NCBI RefSeq assembly: GCF_006345805.1
Contig: NW_021833090.1
Location: 1-59,202 of the forward strand
Direction of reading: 5' to 3'
Origin: Octopus sinensis
Taxonomy: Eukaryota
DNA length: 59,202 bases
The notes beneath the pieces are model-generated. The model was not told the DNA's origin. It made no database searches and saw only the letters and a program-made list of their open reading frames with translations. Positions 23,831 through 35,364 of this stretch are shown here, one piece after another (the stretch's first letter is position 1; the number at the start of each line of letters is the position of its first letter). The position numbers were made by a program, and so were the translations under genes.

Positions 23831-24540
23831 ATGGCAAATGCATATCCCACATCAAACAAGAAGTAGAAAACCATAATGGTCAGTTAATATGTAAACAGTG
23901 GCCGTTTGAGGCTTAGTCGAGTTATCTTTCTTAGACTAGTTCAGATGGCAGATTTTACGGACTTACGTGGGAAAAGGGCAATCTCTGCTCCTAGATTGTT
24001 TCCAGTCTGCAGGGACATTTTTCAGCTCTAATCAGTGAGTGGGGAATCTCATACTTGTAGCAGGTAGCACTTGAAGTAGAGGCATCGGCTACAAATCTCT
24101 CTTCTAGCATTTGATATAGACTCTGTGTCACTTGAGTATTCTTGCTTGCTTTGCTATGAAGAGCTTGCATCAGCCGCTCCTGTTAATGTAGAGCCCTAAC
24201 CACTCTATGACCCTCTATTTAATTTCGTATGGGGTTCCATTAACCAGGGATGTGACGTACCATCTTTCCGTAATCATGTGTACAGGTACCTGTGGTTGTA
24301 CAGGTGCTGCTTAAAGGCAGTTCCAGCTGCTCCGATATATCTCCAAACTTGATTGCTGGCTGCGTTCACATGCCTGGTGTATCTTCCATAGACTCTGGGC
24401 CTAGGGTTGATGTTGCAGCCGCTGCTGTTACCGGAGCTGTCACTGGTGCTATTATTGCTGAGCATGGGTCTGGCGATATCGCTGTAGTTATTATCGTTCC
24501 AGTAGCCATTCTTGGCTAAAGTGTTAGTGTTACAGCTGCT

Positions 24541-24894
24541 GTTTGTTTTTTTTTGTTTGTTGAGCGAAGCGGTCTTCGTGGGAGAAGTCCGAAACGTGGT
24601 CCTTTGCTATTCGTAAGACCCGCAGAAGAGAAAGCAGGTCAACCGAGAGCATCGACGGATGGATGAATGCGCATCCAGGCTCAGCGGTTGTGTAGGAAGT
24701 TAGGGACAAGAAACAGGAAGAAAGAGTGAGAGAAAGTTGGAGCGAAAGTGTACAACAGGGGTCGCCACCAGCCCCTGCCGGAACCTCGTGGAACTTTAGG
24801 TGTTTTCGCTCAATAAACATACACAATGCCCGGTCTGGGAATCGAAACCGCGATCCTCCAACCGCGAGTCCGCTGCCCTAGCCATTGCGCCTCC
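24541..24894 (-). mobile_element. Full-length tRNA-derived SINE (family E)
   Basis: A box GGCGCAATGG, B box GGTTTCGATTCC, (CAAA)n-like tail; splits the low-complexity PLE linker. Confidence 0.8.
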
Positions 24895-25079
24895 TGCAAT
24901 GTCACTGTTTATGTCACTGTTACGAATGTTGTTGTGGCTGCTACGCTGGTGCTCTTGCCCGTGGTGTTGTGGCTACCGTCGCCACTAACATTGAGTGTGG
25001 GAGTGGTAGCTTCGCTAGTGCTGCCGTTGCTGTTGTGACAGTGGTTATAGACGAAACACAATTTGAACTGATCTAAGGG

Positions 25080-25247
25080 AGATAACTCAGCGAAGCCTCA
25101 GAGGGCCCTTGTTTACATATTACCATATTAACTGACCGTAATGGTTTTCTACCTCCAGTTAGAAGAGGGTTGTGCACCCGCTATTTCGTCTGACAAACCG
25201 GCTATATGGTTTATATGACCGGACATATATTTAACTGCTTGTAAATA
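25080..25247 (+). repeat. Inverted, diverged copy of the PLE 3' UTR at about 23725-23930 (inverted pseudo-LTR-like end)
   Basis: GATAACTC..AAGCCTCA...TGTTTACATATT...ATGGTTTTCTAC and GGACATATATTTAACTGCTTGTAAATA are shared in opposite orientation; the GAAA half of the HHR is missing. Confidence 0.75.
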
Positions 25248-26343
25248 TCTATCTATATCCACATATATATATATATATATGTATACACACACATACATAT
25301 ATATGTGTGCGTAATATACGTGTGTTAGCGTGCGTATGTAAAATATATGCACAAAATTATTGAAGAACTACTGTTTATATAGAGGTCGGGGCAAAATGAG
25401 TAATTTGTAATTTTTATCATTTTCCCTCCCTACTACTTTGAAACTATTATACTGCAAGTATTGCATCGTCTTTTAGTGCTGTTGTATCATCTTTCGGAGT
25501 AAAAATTGGTCAGCATTGTTGTTGTTGAAGTTGAGAGAGTTTGAAACATAGCTGACAGGTACTTTTTTTCAAGGAATTTTTTAACTCTGACCCGATTGTA
25601 ATTGACGTTTGTTAGAAAATATCTGGTTAATTTTTGGCGTTTAACAATGAAAAGTCTTTTCTCTGTTAGATTCCAAATCAATTTTTTCCCACACTAATGT
25701 CTAATTTGAAAATTTTCAAAAAAAAAAAAAAAAATGATGCCTAAAGCGGGGTAAAATGAGTAATGATTTATTTCAACAAATTCTTCTCTTTAACTGGATG
25801 GTGCGTAAATCTATCGGCCAGAGAGCTACTCTAGCAGATCGTGAAGAAACCATAGATAATATCTTCAGTCGAATTTTGTTAATTCTATATCATGTGCCAT
25901 TTTTCCATGCTCCTCTTTCATTTGACCTAGATATTTAAAATTTTTGTTGCATTTCTGATTAAGGATGGATATTGTTGCATTTCTGTTTAATGAGGAGTAT
26001 TGATGTGTGTGAGTCTTTTCTCAAATGTAATTATGGATAACTGAAAAGGCAAATTTATCTCTGTCTTTTTCATTTTGCCCCATTTAAATGCTCAAAGAGA
26101 ACAGAGATGATTTTCTGAAATATTAGCATATTTAATGCCTTCAGAGACGGTCATTTACTTAGCTGATATTGTTTTTGTAAGATAGTGAACATTAGTAAAA
26201 AATATATTTCCTCCTCATAGTTAAAACTGCAGTTCCTCACCACCAATTAGCTGTTATAGTACTCAAGAGTTATGTCCCATGAAAATTTGATCTTACATAT
26301 TGTTTCTTCGTCTGTGCAGAACACACATTAGTCAATGATCAAC

Positions 26344-26399
26344 ATGATACGAAGTATATTTTCCGCTCCTAAGTTTAGGACTCTAGTATCCTATACTAG
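26344..26399 (+). CDS. ECI2: ECI2 putative first coding exon (mitochondrial presequence MIRSIFSAPKFRTLVSYTR)
   Basis: ATG at 26344 (in-frame upstream ATG at 26335); AG|GTAAGT donor in phase 2 matching the acceptor at 39349; no acidic residues, R/K/S-rich; possible acceptor AG at 26318-26319. Confidence 0.7.
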
Positions 26400-26823
26400 G
26401 TAAGTAAGAAGTTTATTCTTGTAATTCTTTTTTTATATTTATTAGTTTCATAGTATTTTTAATTTTGGAATATTTTGTATAATTTATGAAGATCGTAACT
26501 ATGCATACACAAACTTTTACTTGTTTGTGTATGTCATTAGGTCAAAAACTAGAGACATTTGCTAACGCTTATTAAAAAGCAAAAGGAAACAAAAAACATA
26601 TCGTTTAGTTATAAAATAAATGTTAAATAGTTAAACCATCAAATTTCACTTATATTTTTGATTGATTATTCACTTTCAACAATAATTATCTTCATTACCT
26701 TCTATTCCGTGAAAATCGAATTAATGAGAGTTACCTGGTTGGGGTTGTTTGTTTAGCCGCAGGTCGGGCTTGATCAACTCGGTACAAAAAGAGTATAGAT
26801 AGGATACAATCTAGACCACTACC

Positions 26824-27042
26824 TATTTCTTTATTACCCACAAGGGGCTAAACACAGAGGGGACAAACAAGGACAGACATAGGTATTAAGTCGATTACAT
26901 TGACCCCAGTGCGTAACTGGTACTTAATTTATCGACCCCGAAAGGATGAAAGGCAAAGTCGACCTCGGCGGAATTTGAACTCACAACGTAACGCAGACGA
27001 AATACCGCTAAGCATTTCGCCCGGCGTGCTAACGTTTCTGCC
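26824..27042 (-). mobile_element. SINE family C copy with Tx1-like tail and 11-bp TSD
   Basis: AGACCACTACC at 26813-26823 and 27043-27053; tail AGCCCCTTGTGGGTAATAAAGAAATA. Confidence 0.85.
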
Positions 27043-27287
27043 AGACCACTACCGGGCGTATCCCTTTCTCATACTTAAAGCATTTTAGTCGTCCCTTGTT
27101 AACGTTTCCGCACAAACTTGACGTCGACCAGGCGCTACTCTTAATGTACATGTCTGTCACCTGAGTGGACTGGAGCAACATGAAATAACGTGCCCCACCT
27201 CAAAGTACAACGTGTCTCTTGGATCGAGGATCGAACTCACAACCTTACTACTAGGCTTCACGTCATCTCGAATTAATAGACCTACGG

Positions 27288-27592
27288 TCAAAAACATTCC
27301 AATCGTGACCATCTCTTTTTTTTTTCTATATGCAAGGAACCTAGAACAACATTATCTGGTGTGTCCTTTTCTAAGACGGTAGGCTGGGATTCGAGAGAGA
27401 CTTGGTTGCTTTTCCTCGCTGCTCGAGCAGCGACATAAGGCTTCCATGTTGGATCGTCTCTGCGTGGTCACTTGGTCTGCTAAAAATAGCAGCTCAAATT
27501 ACACACTACCGTCTTAAAAATTGGAGGATACGTTGGATAGTACTAGACACAACGAAGACCAGATGGTAACGACCGGAACACCTTTGATCATA
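27288..27592. mobile_element. MITE-like element with imperfect terminal inverted repeats
   Basis: GGTCAAAAACATTCCAATCGTGACCATCT versus AGATGGTAACGACCGGAACACCTTTGATC; related ends near 6985-7030 and 27750-27782. Confidence 0.5.
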
Positions 27593-27789
27593 AGGTCTGA
27601 TACATTTCATGACAGAGGCTGAACACAAGTGAAAAATAAACATCGATGGTTGATTGATCATTGACAGTAATTTAACCTACGGTGCTCGTCTTGCGTTTGA
27701 TTCTAGTTGTTGCTTATCTTCCAGATAAATTCTGATCATGCAATCTCACGGTCAAAGACATTCCGTCCATGACCATCTGTCTCTTTTTC

Positions 27790-28328
27790 AACGTATCGGA
27801 AAGACTTTCATTGCCCCCCTCCCCATTTTCTTCCAAATTTGTTTATTTAAAATTTTTTTTATTGCCAAAAACACCCGTTTTCGGATACGGAGGTTCCGGA
27901 AAATTGCCAAATATCGGCATAGTGAAATTTGTCCCCCCATTCCTCCCCCAAATTCTTCAATTTTGACTTTTTTCCCCAACACTAACCCTAATCATAACAA
28001 CAGAAATGTTTTGAAATTTTTGTCCAAATCATGATGTCTGTATTTTCCCGCATATTTAGAATTAAAAAAAAAATTTTTTTTCAAATTTTACAAAAATTTT
28101 TGGAAAGTTTTTTCAGAATCATAATCTCTGTATTTTTTCACATATTTTGAAAAAAAAAAAAAATCTGAAAAAAGTAAATAAAATGAAGGAAATTGATGGT
28201 GGGATAATTTAAAAATGCCGAATTTTGGCAATTTTTTTGCAGATTCATATTCCCTGTAGCCGTAAAAAAAAAAAAAATTTATAAGGGTGGTTTTAGGGTT
28301 AGGGATGGGCGGAAGTCTTGCCAATGTA
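27790..28328. mobile_element. MITE-like element with long imperfect inverted arms
   Basis: AAATTGCCAAATATCGGCAT (left) versus reverse complement AAATTGCCAAAATTCGGCAT (right); AAGACTT near both ends; TAACCCTAA/TTAGGGTTAGGG motifs. Confidence 0.45.
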
Positions 28329-28789
28329 TCTAATATGATTATATGTTTATTCAATTATGTTCCCTTTTTAATGACGGCAACTTCTCATCTGATGGAGATT
28401 TCTTGCATGTTGAGGTACTGCACAGGGATTCCCCTATTGACTGAATTTTGTTGTAGCGGTTGTTGTTTAGCTCCAGGTCAGCTTTGTCAGGTTTGATTTC
28501 ATATAGATCTGGCAGCTATTTCTAACAGATCAAGTGACCAACAGTGGGGCGGCCTTGTTTGCTTGATTGGTTTTTGTTCACAAGATAAGTAGAGAAATAA
28601 ATCCTATTGATAAAATTTATGAACGTTTCAATATAGTGTCAAATTTAATCCAGACAGACGACTTTTTGGTATTTGATACTTCAAATAGATTCCTGCCAAT
28701 TTGAATTTTTAAAACATTTTATGTTTTTTAAATTTCAGTCATTCTTCTTCTTATTATATCTTTAAAGTGTTGATTTTTAAAGATATATA

Positions 28790-30035
28790 TCAGGTCATCC
28801 CATAAGTTCTGTCCGAATTTTGAATAAAGAAAAAAGTGATCAAATATTTTAATTGATATTTAATCATCAATGTACTTTCCTTGATTATCTATGACTTCCT
28901 TCCATCTATTTACGAGCTTTTTAATCCCATCAATGTAAAACTCCTTTGGTTTCAAAGTAAAGAACTCTGAAATGTTAGTTTCGACCTCCTCCTGGCTTGT
29001 GAAAGTTATGTCCCTCAAATGATTCTGTAAACTACAAAACAAATGGTGGTCTAAAGGAGCAAGGTTGGGAGAATAAGGTGGATGAGGAATTTTTTCCCAA
29101 CCAAGCTCTTTGATCTTCTGTGATGTGATCTTTGCAGTGTTGGGTCGCGCATTGTCCTGATGAAACATAATTCTTTTTTGATTCACTAAAGCGGGTCTTT
29201 TTTCAAAGCTTGGTTCAAATGCTTTAATTGCTGACAGTAGACTTGAGCATTGATTGTTGCATTAGGTGGTAACAATTCAAAGTGAATTACTCCTTTGCGA
29301 TGCCACCAGATAGAAAGAAGAACCTTTTTTCCATGAAGTTCCCTTCTTGGTTGTGGTTGAGCTTTTTCCCTTTTACCAAGCCACTGTTTACAAGACTTAA
29401 CATTTTGATAGAAGATCCATTTTTCGTCACCAGTCACAAGTCTATCCAAAAAGGGTGAAATGAGTTCGCGAGAATGGAGAGAAGAGCAGATGTCAACTTG
29501 GGATTTCCTATTCCTTTCGGACAATTCCAAGTTTAGAACCCTTTCGAAGTTGTTGAAGATGACGATGAACAGTTGTATGGTTTGAACTAAGCTTTATTGC
29601 TAATTCTTCAACTGATAATGCAGGATTTTCTTCAAGTAATGCCCGAAGGAGCTTATCAAACTCAACTGGACGTCCTGCTCGATCTTCATTTTCAAGGCTG
29701 AAAACTCCACTTCTGAATTTTGCAAACCATCTTCTGTAAGTTCTTTCATTCAAGCATTCTTTCCCGTAAATTGAGTCGCTTCGGCTGCAGAATTTCGTTT
29801 TTTGTACTCATAAAGCATTATGTGCCTCAAATGCTTTTTGGATACTTCTATGTTAGAAAGGGTTTTAATCAAAGAAATGTTAATTCTATTATTCTGTAAA
29901 ATATTATTTAATTAGTTTAAATGTGCACAAATGCATGAAAATAATTTTTAATTTCATTAAACATTCTGAAATACTATTAAATTTCTTTCAATTTTAAAAA
30001 AGGTAAAATCGGAAAGAACTTATGGGATGGCCTGA
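28790..30035 (-). mobile_element. Full-length mariner (D,D34D) transposon, inactive
   Basis: 27-bp TIRs TCAGG(T/C)CATCCCATAAGTTCT(G/T)TCCGA with TA flanks; transposase pieces with LVTGDEKW, HQDNARP and YSPNLAPLDHHLF; frameshifts, and start codon apparently mutated to ATA. Confidence 0.92.
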
Positions 30036-31084
30036 TATATTGAACATAATTTATCAGTTCAGTGTTTTTCCAGTGTTTTGCAGCCTGCTTGTTTGTCACT
30101 GGAGGGTACCTTGATGTGCATTGTTGTTTAACAGTAGGAGTGTCTGTTGACATCAGTATATTTTGGGTAAAATAGATGGATGTGGTTATAGAGAGTCTTG
30201 GTTATGACTTCTAGTGGGTTGACCAATCTCATAAGAAGGTTTATGGAAGTAAATTAATAGGAATTGGTCAATTTAAAAAAAAAATGATATCAATACAATT
30301 AAAACGTTCAATTGTATACTCCATTGTATTATTACTATGTATATTCATATATTTATATGTCCAAATATATTTTTAATATATATTTTTATATATATTTTTA
30401 ATATATCAATATATGTATTTTGGACAATTTTTATCTTAAATCTGTAAACGTGTTCATTGTGGTTTACCACCTCACCCTCTTGTACCATCTTATATTCCTC
30501 CCCACCACTACGAAACTATAAAATGATTAAAATTCCCCACAAAGGAACTTATTTTGATTTGAAAACCCCACTAGAATGGGAGAAAGCGCTAATGATCTAA
30601 GTGATATGATATATATGTAAAAAATGTAATATATAAATAAATATCTGTAAATATAAACCATCCGATCTTCTGATTACCTCATTTCTTCTAATATATAATA
30701 CCTATACATCATCTCCAAACCTTCCAATATATATATATATTTATATATATATGTAGAGTTGGCAGTTGGAATAACTGTCTAAGGGATAAGAATATCCGTT
30801 CTTACTACCGGTATCATTTACCTATGTTAACCCTGGGCATGGGTATACAAGCACACTATGCTCATAAGCTACAGGTAATAACAGAATAAACAAAAGTTTA
30901 TCAGGAATCAAATTTAAATAAGCAGAAAATAGAGAAAACTTTTGATCAACAAACAAACAAATTGACCAACATCGGTTAATTATTTTTTAATACAAAACAT
31001 TACATAACATTTCCTTCAGCTGTATTCGGCTGCCAATGTCAGTTGGTGTTTATATATATGTGTGCGTGTATCTATATATATATG

Positions 31085-31302
31085 GAGGCTGCACCAGACC
31101 CAGTCTGATCTGGCAATGTTTCTACGGCTGGATGCCCTTCCTAACGCCAACCACTCCATGAGTGTAGTGGGTGCTTTTTACGTGCCAGACGAGGCTGGCA
31201 AACGGCTGCGGTCGGATGGTGCTTTTTATGTGCCATCGGCACGGGGGGTGGCGAGGCGAGGCTGGCAACGGCCATGATCGGATGGTGCTTTTTACGTGCC
31301 AC
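31085..31302 (-). mobile_element. SINE family B fragment
   Basis: Homologous to 32330-32620 (CTGGATGCCCTTCCTAACGCCAACCACTCC). Confidence 0.75.
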
Positions 31303-31899
31303 TATATATATATATATATATTATCTAAGGCCATCTTAGTGTGTGTGTGTGTATGTGTGTCTATATATGTGCTTATGTCAACATGTCTATACTTATCTTT
31401 CTTGATTTTATTTTTTTATTCTTACTCTTTGTCATTTTTTTCTTTTTTATGTTATTATTTTACGCTATGTCATATGTTCAGAGCCATTTACCTGGAAACT
31501 GTATCCATCACCTGTCATTATAACCAACACCCTACTGGCAACAACAACATGCCAGGTGAAACTGAGTATATTTAGCAGGATGTCCTCTTTAAAACAAGTC
31601 ACATGATAAGATACATCTATACTGGCAGATGCAGCGCAACCAATTGTATAGTGTCCCACCCACAAGAGACCTATGCAAGACAGGTCGAAACAATTGTTGT
31701 GATAAATAAAGATTCTCATGAACTCCATTTTCTGTCCCCCCACCTCTCTCTCTCTCTCTCCCTATATATATATATATATATATGCTTCAAATAGAGAATC
31801 CTTTGAAGGTGATAAAAGTGTAAACATGTAAAACTTAGTGAATAAAATAATATTGCAAAATTCCAGTTTCTTTTGGGTATCTCCTCGTATGTATGTATA

Positions 31900-32149
31900 A
31901 ATGTTTTTATATATATATATGTGTGTGTGTGTGTATGTATGTTTGTGTCTGTGTTTGTCCCCCCAACATTGCTTGACAACTAATGGTGGTGTATTTATGT
32001 CCCCGTAACTTAGCGGTTCAGCATAAGAAGCCGATAGAATAAGTACTAGGCTTACACAGAATAAGTCCTGGGGGCTATTTGCTTGACTAGAGGCAGTGCT
32101 CCAGCATGGCCACAAACAAATGACTGAAACAAGTAAAAAAGAGTAAAAG

Positions 32150-32152
<3 letters not shown>
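31900..32152 (+). mobile_element. SINE family A, 3' half
   Basis: TTTGTCCCCC..CATTGCTTGACAAC through GACTGAAACAAGTAAAA. Confidence 0.8.
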
Positions 32153-32189
<37 letters not shown>

Positions 32190-32244
32190 CAAAATCAAAC
32201 CAAATCAAAATAGATGAGCATCAATGGAATTTGTATCTTTGTGG

Positions 32245-32692
32245 TACCAGTGCCGGTGGCACATAAGAAAACCATCCGAACATGGCCGTAGCCAGTACCG
32301 CATCAACTGGCCTCCGTGCTGTGGGCACGTAACAAACACCATCCGATCGTGGCCGTTCGCCAGCCTTGTCTGGCACCTGTGTCGGTGGCACATAAAAAAC
32401 ACCATCCAAGCGTGGCCGTTCGCCAGCCTCGTCTGGCACCTGTGTCGGTGGCACATAAAAAACACCATCCGAGCGTGGCCATTCGCCAGCCATGTCTGGC
32501 ACCTGTGTCGGTGGCACATAAAATCACCCACTACACTCTCGGAGTGGTTGGTGTTAGGAAGGGCATCCAGATGTAGAAATACTGCCAGATCTGACTGGCC
32601 TGGTGCAGCCTTCGGGCTCCCCAGACCCCAGTTGAACCGTCCAACCCATGCTAGCATGGAAAGTGGACGTTAAACGATGATGATGATGATGA
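32245..32692 (+). mobile_element. SINE family B with three 63-bp internal tandem repeats
   Basis: GTCGGTGGCAC at 32381, 32444 and 32507; tail GGACGTTAAACGATGATGATG. Confidence 0.8.
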
Positions 32693-32708
32693 TATATATA
32701 TATATATA

Positions 32709-33060
32709 TCATCATCGTCGTTTAACATCTGTTTTCCATGCTAGCATGGGTTGGACAGTTCAACCGGGGCCTGGGAAGCCAGAAGGCTGCACCAGGCTCC
32801 AGTCTGATCTGGCAGTGTTTCTACAGCTGGATGCACTTCCTAGCACCAACCACTCTGTGAGTGTTGTGGGTGCTTTTTATGTGCCAGGCGAGGCTGGCAA
32901 CAGCCACAATCGGTTGGTGTTTTTTACATGCTACCAACACAGAAGCCAGTCAAGGCGGTGCTGGAATCAGCCATGTTTGGATGGTGTTTTTTACATGCCA
33001 CCAGCACAGGGATCACAACTACAATTTCCATTGATTTTGATGTTGATGTACTTGACTCAA
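32709..33060 (-). mobile_element. SINE family B, tail-to-tail with the preceding copy
   Basis: Reverse complement of the 32245-32692 tail and body across a short (TA)n. Confidence 0.8.
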
Positions 33061-33109
33061 TAGGTCTCCTCAAGCACAGGGTCAAAATGGTGTTTCTTTA
33101 CTTGCCACC

Positions 33110-33440
33110 TGCACATCCAAAATTTAGGGAACAGAATAGATAAAATCCAGGCTACATGTTTCATAGCTAACATAATCTATATAATCACGGTATCTTTGGG
33201 CCTGAAGAGTAGCTTGTGGTCTACCCCTCATTTGGATAATTTATTGCTTCCAAGGTTCTGCTAGCTATGAAATATGTATCCTAAGAAAATCTCTATTAGA
33301 GACAAAAGCAGTATTTTGTCCTGAAGAGTTACTTGCAGTCCACCCCCTCATTTGGATAATTTACTACTTCTGAGGTTCTGCTAATTATGAAACACGTAGC
33401 CTGGATTTTATCTACTCCACTCTCTAAATTTTGGATGTTC
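33110..33440 (+). ncRNA. Two tandem ~120-bp hammerhead-containing units plus an inverted partial copy
   Basis: CTGAAGA at 33202 and 33321; GAAA at 33269 and 33389; inverted GGCTACATGTTTCATAGC at 33150-33167. Confidence 0.7.
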
Positions 33441-33699
33441 ATTTACATATGAAACAGCCCCTGTTGCTAACCGGGAATTATAAAATCAATTTTTTTCAGC
33501 TTATCATACTTTGATACAAAAAAATTCACAACCTTCTGTGCCAATAAGCCACTATTGTTCCTGAAAGTTGTTTTTTTATATCTTCTACGGATTGCTTGAA
33601 CCTCACTAACTTCCTCCACCTTCATCCTTGGATCTTACCATTGCATATCTATCTCTCTGTCTTTCTGTGTGTGTGTGTGTTATTTGAAGTGGTGTACTA

Positions 33700-34140
33700 G
33701 TTTTATTAAAGTCTTAGTAAGTAGGAAAGTGGACAAGTCACAAATCCATTCAGGTAGATGGCCCTGCTCGATATGTAGAAAAGGCATAGCTATAAATTCC
33801 ATAAGATGCACCTGGTGCAAACTATGGACACATAGAAGGTGCAGCAATATCAGAGGAAGGTTAACAGTGAAAATAGTCTTTGTGTGAAGCAGCTGCACAG
33901 GTACAGTAAACACTAGAAATGTAAAGAAAATAGATTCCATCAAATGCTATATGGTATACCTAGAAGTAGTTGATAGCTTCTGTTATCTAGGTGACCAAGT
34001 CAGCAGCAGCAGCAGAAGTGGGTGCTCTGAGAATGTAGCTGCTTAGGTTGGGCAAAGTTCAGAGAGCTTCTACTTCCATTGGTAACTAAGGGCCTCTCCC
34101 TCAGAATGAAAGGCAGACTGTATGTTGCCTTTGTGTGAAC
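33700..34140 (+). mobile_element. Degraded RTE LINE fragment with Cys-rich (PHD-like) finger
   Basis: SGRWPCSICRKGIAINSIRCTWCKLWTHRRCS, then VDSFCYLGDQVSS and LSLRMKGRLY remnants. Confidence 0.75.
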
Positions 34141-34160
34141 ATGTATACATATGTACATGC

Positions 34161-34201
<41 letters not shown>

Positions 34202-35062
34202 AGTGTATGTATATGTATATATATGTATGTAAGTGTATGTATATGTATATATATGTATGTAAGTGTATGTATATGTATGTATATGTATGCATGTGTATGT
34301 GTCTATGCATATATCTATGGATATGTGTGTGTGTGTGTGCATATATATATATATGCATCTGTGCATATGGGTTTAAGTACATAAGTATGCAGGCCCATTT
34401 AATAGTACATATACACACATATATGTATGTGTATATGCGTGTGCATATATCAATATACACCTCCTTCTTTCTCTGATTCCTCAACTCCCACTATCACCTT
34501 AGCCAGTACAATAAATACCTCCATCTATATTTAGAAACTTGACCATTATATCTTATTCTTCCCTTCCTTTTGGAGGTTTACTAGTCACTTTAGAAACCCC
34601 CTCTGTACCATTTTCTGTACCCATCCCTTCCACCTTAGTGCCTTTCAAGCATATCACCCCACCTCCCACGTATTCATTCCTTACATTCCTATCTCTTCCT
34701 ATCCCTACCCTACACCTCTCCCACCCCTCATAATATCTTGACCACCAACTAACACTCCTTGTTTTCATTTTTTTCATTTTCTCTTTCTTTCCTCACCTAT
34801 TCCTTTTGACCATTCTCCTCATTTTAACAAACACATATTTTCTCTCCTCTTTATCTACTTAATACTACCGCTACTTTTTCAAATTTCATTCACACCACAA
34901 GACTCCTTTGAATGAACAACACATGGAAACTTTGTCTCCACACTTGCTATTTGTAATGACATAATATGAACTCCTTTTGGAATTCACATAACATGGACAA
35001 GAAGCATTTCTACCACTTCTACACACCACTTTCCTTGGATTATGGAACTACAACTATAGCAT

Positions 35063-35107
<45 letters not shown>

Positions 35108-35179
35108 TTTACTTTTATTCTCTTATTTCCTTCCTTTTCCAAAATAACTCCTTATATTGTACTCTAACTATTTCATATC

Positions 35180-35227
35180 GTCTCCGATAACAGGATATCC
35201 CTAATATCCTAGAAACAGCTGTGAGAC
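35180..35227 (+). ncRNA. Decayed hammerhead motif related to 22845-22891
   Basis: GUCU-CCGAUAA-CA-GGAUAU..AUAUCC-UA-GAAA-CAGCUG-UG-AGAC; the core is mutated, so probably inactive. Confidence 0.45.
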
Positions 35228-35294
35228 TGGCTTTCTCTTTATAAATGTCCTTAAAATTCCACACAGCCATGGCTTTATTGTCTCATTTTATTTA

Positions 35295-35364
<70 letters not shown>

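Larger units (their letters stand above)
23773..25040 (-). mobile_element. Second Naiad-type PLE fragment (S/T/N-rich linker, GIY-YIG, 3' UTR with HHR), interrupted by a SINE
   Basis: WRYIGAAGTAFKQHLYNH (24274-24465); YEIK*RVI...G*CKLFIAKQ...NARREICSRCLYFKCYLL (about 24060-24250). Confidence 0.75.

Noticed and set aside
24100-24200. In-frame TGA in the Naiad GIY-YIG near Cys motifs (selenocysteine?)
   Set aside because: Its position fits Arg CGA>TGA decay; the copy has other stops and no SECIS was recognised.
24570-24605. GGAGAAGTCC-GAAAC-GT motif at the SINE E tail resembling a hammerhead half
   Set aside because: No CUGANGA core upstream (CTTCGTG instead).
25149-25240. Apparent minus-strand first exon MSGHINHIAG...NWR
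   Set aside because: The sequence is the inverted copy of a PLE 3' UTR (homologous to 23725-23930).
25385-26090. DNA transposon defined by GGGGCAAAATGAG motifs (25388, 25748, inverted near 26070)
   Set aside because: Termini and TSD could not be defined.
34070-34484. Y/I/H/T-rich ORFs here and similar ones elsewhere in the track
   Set aside because: Translations of (TA)n/(TG)n microsatellites.
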